Assembly: GCA_963704435.1 (NCBI GenBank)
Contig: OY969902.1
Coordinates: forward strand, 200,949 to 264,948
Source: an uncultured archaeon
Lineage (GTDB): Archaea; Micrarchaeota; Micrarchaeia; Micrarchaeales; CABMGC01
Direction of reading: 5' to 3'
DNA length: 64,000 nt
Position numbers and translations under genes: made by a program. Below are positions 33,463 through 42,149 of the stretch, in pieces (position 1 is the stretch's first letter; the number at the start of each line of letters is the position of its first letter). The notes beneath the pieces are model-generated. The model saw only the letters and a program-made list of their open reading frames with translations, had not been told where the DNA came from and ran no database searches.

Positions 33463-35295
33463 CTACCTGGACGGCGCCTTCCCTTTAGCCACCTTGCGGG
33501 ACAGGAAGTAAAGCACAGCGAGCGCGAACACTATCACTATCACGTCCGTGCCTATCCCTGAAGATGAGCCCTGGCCGCCGCTCTGCCCGGCCGGGGCGGT
33601 GACGTTCGAGGCGTTGTACGCCGCGACCGTGGTGTATGCGCTCGTCGCCGGAACGGTCGTCGGCAGGGTCGTGCGCGCCGTGGTCTGCGCGGTCACGGGC
33701 GGTACCGTGCTCGTGGCGATGGCCGTGCTGGTCGTGGCGATTACTGTGCTGGTCGTGGTGGCGACCGTGCTCGTCGTGAGGTTGTTGAGCGCGCCGGCAA
33801 GGATTATGTCCGTTGCCGGGTTGAGCGTTCCGGTCCCGACCCAGGCGCCGTGCGCGGCCGCGCTCACGGACAGGTTCTGCGACGCCTCCCCCGTGTCCGA
33901 GCCGAACGTGTATGCCGACGGGAAGGGCAGGAGCCTCCCGTTGCTGCCCGCGTAGTAGATCCAGATGCTCGAGTTGAGCCTTGAGAAATAGGATATCTCG
34001 TCGCTCTCCTCCCCCGCGAAGACGAACTCCGCGTCATAGCGAACTCCCGACTTGCCTGCGCTGTTTGGCGTGTTGTAGAACGGCGTCACGAGGATGTACG
34101 CGCTGCTCGCGGGAATCTGCAAGGTCACGCTCTCGTAGTACGAATCGCCGCTGGCCGTGGACGTTCCGAAGGAGACCACGGGGTTCCCGTTCTGGATGCT
34201 GACCTTGATGACCGGAGACACGTTCAGGGGCATTGAGTAGGGGACTTTCGCGCTCGGAGAGTAGAAGTAGTATGATCTCGAATAGGAGAAGTACTTGTCC
34301 GGCTCGCCGGAGTGGATCTTGCCGGGTCCGCTGACGGTGCTCGATGACATGTTTGCCCCGAAGACCGTGTTGTTCCATATGTTGTCGTAGATGAAATCCG
34401 TCCTGTTGCGCGTGTCGAAGGCCCTGATCTCCTGGAGCCAGTAGGTGTAATTCCTGCCTCCGGAAAAGACCTTCATGAGCACGTTCAGCTGCAGGCTCGC
34501 CCCGTAGGCCGACGCGCTGTCCGGCGGGGACGCGTTGTACGAGAGCAGCGAATATATCATCGCGCTACCCTCCACGAGATTCGTCTCGATCGGCTGCGGG
34601 ATCAGCCTGCCCGAGACGTTATACAGGCCATAGCTCACCACGCCCACGGATTGCGCCCTCGATGAGTTGTGGCCGTAGAGCGGATTCGCCAGGGCGGGTG
34701 TGAGGTTGAGATACAGGAACGCCTGGGTCGGCGCGAACGAGGACAGGTTGAGGTAGTAGTTGCCGGAGTTCAGGTAGAAGTACCACGAGGAGTAGGTCGA
34801 GTTCTCGTCGAAAGTCAGGTTGTACCCGAAGATCCTCCCGATTACGGGGGAGGCGCCGAGCAGCGTCATGCTCACGTCGCTGTAGTTCGCGAGGGATATC
34901 GGGACCGAGTATCTCGTATTTATCTCCACCAGGCTCCCCGCTCCGCTCGGGACAGTCAGGCTGCTTGCCTGCGCCATGACCTCCCCGTAGAGCGCATCCA
35001 CCACGACGCGATAGGTGCCGGGGGAGACGTTAAAGACGTAGTCTCCGCTGCCCACCGACCGGTTGTATATCATCGGGGTGTAGCGGTTGCTCCTGAAGAG
35101 CTGGTACTGGCTGCTCGTCATCAGCATGAGGGCGACGTTGCCGGTCGTATTCAGCGCGACCGCGACCTGCGAGTTTGTGTTCGCCGTGGAATTGAAGGAG
35201 TAGTAATAGCCACGGGGGAGGGCCCCGGCCGCGCATGGGCGCAAAAGGACAAATGCAGCTAAAACCGCGATAAACAGGATGCGCGCCTTGCCCAT
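33463..35295 (-). CDS. Thermopsin-family (peptidase A5) protein, membrane-anchored
   Basis: 610 aa. It has a signal peptide and a thermopsin-like core (VGVVSYGLYN...SLQLNVLM...YTYWLQEIRAFDTRNRTDFIYDNIWNNT). There are many N-glycosylation sequons, a Thr-rich linker and a C-terminal TM. Confidence 0.75.
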   Translation of the reverse strand: MGKARILFIAVLAAFVLLRPCAAGALPRGYYYSFNSTANTNSQVAVALNTTGNVALMLMTSSQYQLFRSNRYTPMIYNRSVGSGDYVFNVSPGTYRVVVDALYGEVMAQASSLTVPSGAGSLVEINTRYSVPISLANYSDVSMTLLGASPVIGRIFGYNLTFDENSTYSSWYFYLNSGNYYLNLSSFAPTQAFLYLNLTPALANPLYGHNSSRAQSVGVVSYGLYNVSGRLIPQPIETNLVEGSAMIYSLLSYNASPPDSASAYGASLQLNVLMKVFSGGRNYTYWLQEIRAFDTRNRTDFIYDNIWNNTVFGANMSSSTVSGPGKIHSGEPDKYFSYSRSYYFYSPSAKVPYSMPLNVSPVIKVSIQNGNPVVSFGTSTASGDSYYESVTLQIPASSAYILVTPFYNTPNSAGKSGVRYDAEFVFAGEESDEISYFSRLNSSIWIYYAGSNGRLLPFPSAYTFGSDTGEASQNLSVSAAAHGAWVGTGTLNPATDIILAGALNNLTTSTVATTTSTVIATTSTAIATSTVPPVTAQTTARTTLPTTVPATSAYTTVAAYNASNVTAPAGQSGGQGSSSGIGTDVIVIVFALAVLYFLSRKVAKGKAPSR

Positions 35296-35364
35296 TCGAT
35301 TTCCACCTTTTATGACTTCCTTACCATGGAAACACTTTTATGCATTCTGGGTCAAGGAACGCAC

Positions 35365-36039
35365 ATGTCCGATTATGCGGTACGGGTATTGGAAAGGCTG
35401 TCGAAGAGGTACGGCTGCAGGCTCCACACGCAGCTGAGGCACGCGGACATCACGGAACTGTTCGTGGCCGCGCTCCTCTCGCCGCAGTGCACGGACAGGC
35501 AGGTTAACGAGGCCACGTCCGCGCTGTTCAAGAGGTTCAGGACATTCGGGGACTATGCGAAAGCCGAACCCTCCAGCCTGAGGAGGTACCTCAAGGGCGT
35601 CAATTTCTACAGGACGAAGGCGAAGCACCTGAGGTCTGCGTCGAAGGAAATCGTGGAGGGGTTCGGCGGCAGGGTCCCGCGCACTCTCGCAGAGCTGATG
35701 GAGCTCGACGGCGTGGGAAGGAAGGTTGCCAACGTCATCCTGAGCGAGGGGTACGGCATAAACGAGGGCATAGCTGTCGACACCCACGTCGCCGTGACAT
35801 CGAGGCGGCTCGGGCTCACTGGGAACAAGGACCCCGCAAAGATAGAGGCCGACCTGATGAGGGGGATACCGAAGAAATATTGGGGCGACGTGAACGGGCT
35901 GCTCATAGAGCTTGGGAGAGACGCGTGCACGGCGAGGCGGAAGCACTGCGAGCGCTGCGTCCTCAACGACATCTGCCCGTCGAGCAGCGTGCGCAGGCGG
36001 CGGGCTAATGCCACTCCGGATGGTAGATCACGCCGTTGA
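35365..36039 (+). CDS. nth: Endonuclease III (HhH-GPD DNA glycosylase/AP lyase)
   Basis: The HhH motif is LMELDGVGRKVANVIL, followed by VDTHV, and the 4Fe-4S loop is CTARRKHCERCVLNDIC. The ATG at 35365 sits about 25 nt after a TATA-like TTTTATGC. The track start at 35326 is an alternative. Confidence 0.85.
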   Translation: MSDYAVRVLERLSKRYGCRLHTQLRHADITELFVAALLSPQCTDRQVNEATSALFKRFRTFGDYAKAEPSSLRRYLKGVNFYRTKAKHLRSASKEIVEGFGGRVPRTLAELMELDGVGRKVANVILSEGYGINEGIAVDTHVAVTSRRLGLTGNKDPAKIEADLMRGIPKKYWGDVNGLLIELGRDACTARRKHCERCVLNDICPSSSVRRRRANATPDGRSRR

Positions 36040-36847
36040 GCCTTATCCTCAGCCCGTACTTGTCCAGCTTCTCCTTCACGATCCTGTCCAGCGCCTCCCT
36101 GTGCGCGGCCGTAGCCGCCTCGGCATAGGCCCGCTGCAGTTCCGGGTTCCCTGACAGGTAGTCGGACAGCCTCTTCCTGATGTAGCTGCCGAGGTTTATG
36201 TGCTCGACGTACACTTCGGAAACCCCCGCTCCGGCGATGCTTGCGAACAGGTCGTCGAGGAGCTCCGGCTCGTCCCTGAAGTGGGGAAGGAGCGGACCCA
36301 CGAACGCGTATGTGCGTATCCCCTCCTCGTTCAGGCGCTTCAGCGCCTGCAGCCTCGCGCTCGATGCGGTCGCCCTTACCTCCAGGAACCGGCTGAGCCT
36401 GTCGTCGGTGGTCGTTATGGTCATGCCCACCTCGGCGTCCGGGATGCGCTTGATGATGTCCATGTCCCGCAGCACCAGCGAGGATTTGGTCTGTATGCTG
36501 ACCGGCCCGGGGTACCCGCTCCTCGCGATCGCATCCAGTATCCCTCTCGTCAGCAGGTACTTGGATTCGGCCCCCTGGTAGGGGTCGGTGACCGAGCTGA
36601 TGAATATCGAGGACTTCCTGTCCTTCAGCAGTCTCAGCTCCCTCTCGAAGACGGAGACCGCGTTCGTCTTCACGAAGACGTAGTTTCCCCAGTTCTCTAT
36701 GGGCTCGTTGACGAACTTTCCCATGAAGCTCGCATAGCAGTAGAGGCAGCCGAACTCGCACCCGGTGTAGGGGTTCACGACATAGTCGGTATCGGGCAAC
36801 CGGGACTTGACGAGGACGCTCCTTGCCCTTATCTCCTTGAACTGCAT
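36005..36847 (-). CDS. Radical SAM protein, SplB/DNA-repair-photolyase-like (COG1533 type)
   Basis: The N-terminus VVNPYTGCEFGCLYCYASF carries CxxxCxxC. The size (280 aa) and layout fit the family. Confidence 0.7.
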   Translation of the reverse strand: MQFKEIRARSVLVKSRLPDTDYVVNPYTGCEFGCLYCYASFMGKFVNEPIENWGNYVFVKTNAVSVFERELRLLKDRKSSIFISSVTDPYQGAESKYLLTRGILDAIARSGYPGPVSIQTKSSLVLRDMDIIKRIPDAEVGMTITTTDDRLSRFLEVRATASSARLQALKRLNEEGIRTYAFVGPLLPHFRDEPELLDDLFASIAGAGVSEVYVEHINLGSYIRKRLSDYLSGNPELQRAYAEAATAAHREALDRIVKEKLDKYGLRIRLNGVIYHPEWH

Positions 36848-36965
36848 ATTGCTGATTTTGGATTTTGCCTTATTTAACTGTATCTGACATCTTGCAAAAA
36901 TCGGCCTCAGGTCAAGTGACGGCAGGCGATGCTTTTTAGCCTTTTCCGGCGCATATACTCACCGT

Positions 36966-37039
36966 GCGATCGTAGTCTAGCCTGGTTAGGACTTTGCCCC
37001 TCCAAGGCAAAGAGCCGGGTTCAAATCCCGGCGATCGCA
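36966..37039 (+). tRNA. tRNA-Gly (anticodon UCC)
   Basis: Manual cloverleaf: GCGATCG-TA-GTCT-AGCCTGGTTA-GGAC-T-TTGCC-CCTCCAA-GGCAA-AGAG-CCGGG-TTCAAAT-CCCGG-CGATCGC-A, 74 nt. The anticodon loop reads CCUCCAA, which puts C at position 33. Confidence 0.8.
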
Positions 37040-37092
37040 CATCTTATTTGGACCGGTGAATCCCGACCGACAGAAACGAATAAAAAAGTGAC

Positions 37093-38442
37093 ATGAAAGA
37101 TTACGTGGTGGATGAGCGCATGTTTGCACCGCTATACGGACCCCTCCTTCTTCTCGACTCCTCCGTCAACAACCTCTGGATAGCCATAGCTGCGCTGCTG
37201 GTCTTCGCCATGACCTTTGCGGTCGGGCTCCTCGAGATCGGCGAGCTGGGCGAGGACTTCGACGTCAGCCTGATGAAGACGATGCTGATCGCGTGCGTCG
37301 CGGTGTTCGTGATGGCCGCGATAGGCTTCAACACGGCATTCGCGCCCACGATAGGCGGCCTGATCGGCAATCCGCTTTACGGGCCTGGGCTGCTCCTCGG
37401 TGGATTTTCGGCATCGGCGCAGGGCCTGCTTTCCGGAACCTGGTGGTCGATGGCTGCCAGCTACTTCAACACGGGCCTGTCTACGGGATCGTACTTCCTC
37501 TTCGAGGCGGCGTTCGCGGCGGTGACGCTCGCGCTCGTGTGCGTCATCGCCCTCAAGAAGGTCAAGCTGGAGGCGGTGCTCATATTTGCCGTAATCTATT
37601 TCATACTCATATGGAACGTGCCCGCGGCATGGGTGTGGAACCCCACGGGCTGGCTCTACGTCATGGGCATGAGGGATTTCGCGGGAGGGCTCGTCGTGCA
37701 CGCCGCGGCCGGCGTCGCCGGTCTCGCGATAGCCCTTCAGATATGGAGGGAGGAGCGCAGGAGGGGCCTCAAGGAAAGCCCGAAGACCCCAATAAGGGCC
37801 AGCAAGGGATGGCTCGCCATCTCGATCCTGCTCCTCTGGATGGGCTGGTTCGGATTCAATCCGGGAAGCGTGCTCGCGTTCGACAGCAGCACCCTGACCG
37901 TCGTATTGACGACGTTCCTCGCCGCATCGTCGTCCTTCGTGTCGATAATGTTCTTCAGGTACCTGGTGACGAAGACCAAGCCCAGCATAGTCTACGGCAC
38001 GAACGGGATACTGATGGGCCTGATCATAATAACCCCGCTCGCCGGGTTCGTCAGCCCCGCGAGCGCGATGATACTGGGCCTGATTGGCGGTCCGCTCTTC
38101 CTTGTCGCCGAGAGGTACATCTCTAGGGCTAAATGGTTCACGGACCCGATCGGGCTGTTCCCCGGCCATCTTGTCGGGGGAATCTTCGGCGTGCTCATGA
38201 TAGCGTTCTTCGTGCAGCAGCCGTTCGCCGCAGCATCCGGCAACGCGAACCTGCCGAACGGACTGCTGTTCGGGGGAGGTAGCGCCGCCCTCTGCCAGCT
38301 GGGCATAGAGGCCCTGGGCCTGGCGGTGGTGCTCATTTTCGTGTTCTGCGTCTCCAGCGCGGCCATCTGGCTGATAGGCAAGGCGCTCGGCGGGATAACC
38401 AGCGACGAGTACTACAAGGGCATAAGGACAAGGAAGAGATAG
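37093..38442 (+). CDS. amt: Ammonium transporter (Amt family)
   Basis: 449 aa with about 11 TM. Motifs are DFAGGLVVHAAAGVAGLA and LLWMGWFGFNPGS. Confidence 0.9.
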   Translation: MKDYVVDERMFAPLYGPLLLLDSSVNNLWIAIAALLVFAMTFAVGLLEIGELGEDFDVSLMKTMLIACVAVFVMAAIGFNTAFAPTIGGLIGNPLYGPGLLLGGFSASAQGLLSGTWWSMAASYFNTGLSTGSYFLFEAAFAAVTLALVCVIALKKVKLEAVLIFAVIYFILIWNVPAAWVWNPTGWLYVMGMRDFAGGLVVHAAAGVAGLAIALQIWREERRRGLKESPKTPIRASKGWLAISILLLWMGWFGFNPGSVLAFDSSTLTVVLTTFLAASSSFVSIMFFRYLVTKTKPSIVYGTNGILMGLIIITPLAGFVSPASAMILGLIGGPLFLVAERYISRAKWFTDPIGLFPGHLVGGIFGVLMIAFFVQQPFAAASGNANLPNGLLFGGGSAALCQLGIEALGLAVVLIFVFCVSSAAIWLIGKALGGITSDEYYKGIRTRKR

Positions 38443-38455
38443 GAGGAGTTCCCCG

Positions 38456-39142
38456 CTAGATGTTGTTCAGCCTGAGCTTCAGCTCCTCGCCGCTGAGCTT
38501 AGTCGTGAGTATCGGTATCCTCTCCACCTGCGCAATCTTTATGGCGAGCTTGTCCACCACGTCGACGTTCTGTATGACGACGAGCTTCGGCTTTATGGGC
38601 GCCACCCTTATCACGACCATAGGGGACCTTCCGGTCTCGACCTGGTCGAAGATGAAGGCGCGCTCGGTCGTGGTGCCGAAGAGCCGGGGGTACTCGGCCG
38701 GAGACATGTCGAGTATGACCCCGAGGCTGTTGAGGAGCGTGTAGCCGAACAGCTTTATCGAATCGAGATAGTTGGGGTTCGCCGCTATCTTCGCGTCTAT
38801 CTGCCTGGAGAAGTCTATGCCGCTGATCGGCGTGGAGAAGTCGTGTATCGTGTACGGCGCGGCCTCGCTCGGAGCGTTGAACTTGACCAGGTTCCTGAGG
38901 ACCTCGCTGCCCTTCTGCTCGTCCATCGAGATCAGCGCGGTCACGAACCGCTTTATGATGCCGACGCCGGGGCTCGCCCTCCTGTTGCCCTCGTAGTCGC
39001 TTATGGTGGATGCGGATATCTTGAGGTGCTTGGACAGCTCGACCTGCGACACGCCGAAGAGCTCCCTCCATTTCTTCATCGCGCTGCCAGGGCTGTCGGA
39101 CATCGCTATCTCTCCCGCTATCCTTTCCTGCAGGTTCTCCAT
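38456..39142 (-). CDS. Archaeal XRE-type HTH transcriptional regulator (COG1395-like)
   Basis: The N-terminal Cro/C1 HTH is MKKWRELFGVSQVELSKHLKISASTISDYEGNRR, followed by a ~150-aa C-terminal domain. Confidence 0.7.
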   Translation of the reverse strand: MENLQERIAGEIAMSDSPGSAMKKWRELFGVSQVELSKHLKISASTISDYEGNRRASPGVGIIKRFVTALISMDEQKGSEVLRNLVKFNAPSEAAPYTIHDFSTPISGIDFSRQIDAKIAANPNYLDSIKLFGYTLLNSLGVILDMSPAEYPRLFGTTTERAFIFDQVETGRSPMVVIRVAPIKPKLVVIQNVDVVDKLAIKIAQVERIPILTTKLSGEELKLRLNNI

Positions 39143-39286
39143 GGAACCAATATTGCAGCGGGAGGTTTAATAAGATATCTGACGAACTGCCATACGGCAG
39201 TTCCGGCGCATACCTTCCTCTATCGGCGCATGCCCAAATGGCCCGTCCCGGCACTACAAATTTTGGTATGAATGCTATAAAAAATC

Positions 39287-39565
39287 ATGCGTCGACAGTA
39301 TCAGGTTGGTGATGGCGTGGCGATGGGCCTGTACGAGTGCAAAAGATATTCGGATAGGGCGTTCAATGAGCCCGACGAGATTGTGGAATCTGTGGACACC
39401 GGGGAGCATGAGGAGCGGATGGGCGCGCTGCTGATATGGGCGGGCAGCGTCGAAGAAGCGAAGGAGATGTTCAGGGCGTACGAGGGCGGCGGGGCCCCGT
39501 GCGAGATAGTCCTGATAAGGCTCGGCGCGGAAAGCAGGATCATATACGACAACGATGTCAGATGA
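39287..39565 (+). CDS. Hypothetical small protein
   Basis: 92-aa ORF with normal-looking composition. No recognisable motif. Confidence 0.35.
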   Translation: MRRQYQVGDGVAMGLYECKRYSDRAFNEPDEIVESVDTGEHEERMGALLIWAGSVEEAKEMFRAYEGGGAPCEIVLIRLGAESRIIYDNDVR

Positions 39566-39568
39566 GAC

Positions 39569-40279
39569 CTAGCCGGAATCCTTCCTCTTCGCCTTCGGCT
39601 TGGCCTTCTGCCTCTTCTCCAGCTCGGCGTACTCCTTCTTCGCGGCCTCGTCCGCCTTCGTGACGGCCTGCTCCCTCGCCGCTCCGTCCTTGGGCTTCAG
39701 GAAGAGCGAGACGATCGCTATTATTATCCCGGAGATCATCAGCAGGACGGACGCGCCGCCGAGGATGACCGAGATGTAGGTCGAGCTGAGCTGCGACTGG
39801 GTGACGCTGAGGTAGCTGACCGCGACCTGGCTCGGCCCGCTAGCGCTGGCGCCGAACAGGGCGTAGTAGTCGCCCCCGGACAGCATGGTCGAGTTAGCGA
39901 GGTAGGGGACCTGCGACGAAGAGAACGGGAAGGTGCCCTTGGTGATGTTGCTATATATGGCGTAGACTCCGTTTCCCTCCAGGCCCGCTGCCGCGGTCCC
40001 GGCGCCCTTGCCGGACGCGCTCGCCGCGCTTATCGCGCTGAACGCGCTCTGGTTCGCGAAATAGAAGTTCACGCTGCTGGTGGCGTTGTACGAGAGGATG
40101 ACCATGCCCGACTGGTTGAGGAATATCCTGACATAGCTCAGGGGAGACCCCGCCCCGAGCGAGACGGTGTTGGTGACCGGGACCACTCCCGCAGGTATGG
40201 CCGTCTGCACGGCGACCAGGGCGAGAACCAGTCCGACGACGAATACGATAAGGCCTATGTAGAGCAGCTTCTTCCTCAT
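39569..40279 (-). CDS. Hypothetical bitopic membrane protein (N- and C-terminal TM, extracellular middle, basic tail)
   Basis: 236 aa. The TM segments are LLYIGLIVFVVGLVLALVAV and VILGGASVLLMISGIIIAIVSLF, followed by a K/E-rich tail. Confidence 0.5.
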   Translation of the reverse strand: MRKKLLYIGLIVFVVGLVLALVAVQTAIPAGVVPVTNTVSLGAGSPLSYVRIFLNQSGMVILSYNATSSVNFYFANQSAFSAISAASASGKGAGTAAAGLEGNGVYAIYSNITKGTFPFSSSQVPYLANSTMLSGGDYYALFGASASGPSQVAVSYLSVTQSQLSSTYISVILGGASVLLMISGIIIAIVSLFLKPKDGAAREQAVTKADEAAKKEYAELEKRQKAKPKAKRKDSG

Positions 40280-40345
40280 GCCATCGCATAATCTTGCATA
40301 TGCGAATATTTAAATTGTGATGAGTCATTATAACGCTGTGATCGC

Positions 40346-41074
40346 TTGACCAACTACATCAAAACGGGCGTGACGGGCCTCGACGCCATGCTGTACGGCG
40401 GCATACCGGAGAAGAACCAGGTGCTGCTGGCAGGGGGGCCTGGCACGGGCAAGACCCTGCTGTCGTTCGAGTACCTGTACAGGAACGCCAAGGCGGGCAA
40501 TACGTCGCTCTTCTTCGCGCTCGAGGAGGACCCGAAGAGGATCGTCGACAACTTCAAGTCGGCATTCACCGAGCTGAAGGACGTGGACAGCCTGCTGAAC
40601 AGCAAGAAGCTGATAATAGACGGCCAGGACCCGTCGCTGCTGCTGCACGCGGGCGCGGGCGAGTCGTCGCCGTACGAGTTCGGGAAGGTCATAGCCGACA
40701 TGGAGTCGCTCGTGGTGTCCACCGGAGCGACCAGGGTCGTCGTGGACTCGCTCTCGGTGCTCGAGATGCTGATAAGCGAGCCCTCGATATACAGGAAGTC
40801 GATGCTCGCGCTGTCGAACAACCTCAGGAGGCTGGGTGTGACCTCGATACTCACGAGCGAGATGCCGACGCCTGAGAGGGACAAGCTGGAGTTCAGGACG
40901 GAGTTCTTCATCTTCGACGGCATAATGATACTTTACGAGACCGGCGAGGAGGCGAGGAGGATAACCGCGATGGAGATCATAAAGATGCGGGGCTCCAAGC
41001 ACAGCTTCGTCACCACGCCTTACGAGATAACGCCCAACGGCTTCAACGTGATAGCCGCGGAAGGGATGGTCTAG
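40346..41074 (+). CDS. KaiC/RecA-superfamily ATPase (single KaiC-like domain)
   Basis: IKTGVTGLDAMLYGGIPEKNQVLLAGGPGTGKTLLSFEYL contains Walker A, and VVVDSLS is Walker B. The start codon is TTG. Confidence 0.75.
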   Translation: MTNYIKTGVTGLDAMLYGGIPEKNQVLLAGGPGTGKTLLSFEYLYRNAKAGNTSLFFALEEDPKRIVDNFKSAFTELKDVDSLLNSKKLIIDGQDPSLLLHAGAGESSPYEFGKVIADMESLVVSTGATRVVVDSLSVLEMLISEPSIYRKSMLALSNNLRRLGVTSILTSEMPTPERDKLEFRTEFFIFDGIMILYETGEEARRITAMEIIKMRGSKHSFVTTPYEITPNGFNVIAAEGMV

Positions 41075-41086
41075 CGACGATATGAT

Positions 41087-42145
41087 TTGATGGATTCGGG
41101 CGAAGGCAGGGCCGGGGAGGCCGTCACGCCGGACAGGATGAAGCTATACGTGGGAGCCGCGCTCGCGCTCCTGCTCGTAGCCGCCCTTTCGTACCTGCTG
41201 GTCCCGAGCGGAAGCGGGATCGGCGCGTGCGGCCGACTCCTCCTGCAGAACAGCAGGTACTCCTGCACCGAGGCCTACGCGGTCTCCGCGCTGAACGCCA
41301 GCGCGTGCGCAGGCATGCCGAGCGCGTATTCCGACCCGTGCTACCTGCAGATCGCGCAGGCCAGGAACGACAGCTCGCTGTGCGCGAAGCTGAGCAGCCC
41401 TGCGGAGTCCTACTCCTGCGCCGAGGGGATATACGTCGCGAAGGGCGACTATTCCGCGTGCGGCGGAATCGGCCAGCCGTATTCGGGCATGTGCAGGGAG
41501 GCGATAGCCGAGAAGCTCGGCAACCAGTCGATGTGCGGCGGCATAGGCAACGAGACCGACACCGACGTCTGCGTCTCGGAGATCGGGATAAGCGGGATGC
41601 TGAGCTCGGGGAACGTGTCGCGCTGCGCCGGAGTGGCCGGAGTCGACGACAATAACATCACCGGCCAGGTGATATCGAACTTCAGCTACTCGTCAGGGGG
41701 CGCCTACGCGAACCTGACGGTCGGGCTGGAGGCGCTGGCGCTGGTGCCGAACTCCTACTTCAGCGCGAGGGACTTCTGCTATGCCCTTGCAGCGTCGCGC
41801 CTGTCCGAGGAGGCGCTCTGCCTGAACATCGGAGACAGCAACGCCAGGGCCATATGCGACTCGAACGCGGGGTTGCGGGCTACGGCCAACACGACGTTCA
41901 ACTACACGCAATCGCTCGCTGACTGCGCGGAGATGCCCGGGTCTGAGGCGCAGGTGTGCGAACAGGCGACCGCGCTCGAGCAGGCGGTAGTGACCAGGAA
42001 CGCCAGCCTGTGCGGAACGCTCAACGGCGTCTTCTACACCGGCTGCTACTCCGCCCTCGCAAAGGCTTACCAGAATTCCAGCTACTGCGGATACATCACG
42101 AACGCCACCGATAGGGTCTCGTGCGAGGGCAACGCGTCGAGTTGA
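41087..42145 (+). CDS. Cys-rich repeat protein with an N-terminal membrane anchor
   Basis: 352 aa. It has an N-terminal TM (LYVGAALALLLVAALSYLLV) followed by more than 10 loosely periodic Cys-containing units (..Y/DxxC....A......SxC..). Confidence 0.5.
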   Translation: MMDSGEGRAGEAVTPDRMKLYVGAALALLLVAALSYLLVPSGSGIGACGRLLLQNSRYSCTEAYAVSALNASACAGMPSAYSDPCYLQIAQARNDSSLCAKLSSPAESYSCAEGIYVAKGDYSACGGIGQPYSGMCREAIAEKLGNQSMCGGIGNETDTDVCVSEIGISGMLSSGNVSRCAGVAGVDDNNITGQVISNFSYSSGGAYANLTVGLEALALVPNSYFSARDFCYALAASRLSEEALCLNIGDSNARAICDSNAGLRATANTTFNYTQSLADCAEMPGSEAQVCEQATALEQAVVTRNASLCGTLNGVFYTGCYSALAKAYQNSSYCGYITNATDRVSCEGNASS

Positions 42146-42149
42146 TGGA

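Noticed and set aside
36005-36039. 35-nt convergent overlap between the nth and SplB-like radical-SAM gene ends
   Set aside because: Short convergent 3' overlaps are common in compact archaeal genomes. No additional structure or signal was seen, so it is not reported as a finding.
35607-38169. Long alternative-frame or antisense ORFs over the SplB-like, nth and amt genes (for example 35607..36761 -, 36200..36877 +, 37132..38169 -, 37293..38126 +)
   Set aside because: The translations are Arg/Pro/Gly/Glu-rich low complexity. The competing frames carry diagnostic motifs: the HhH-GPD and Fe-S loop, CxxxCxxC, and Amt signatures.
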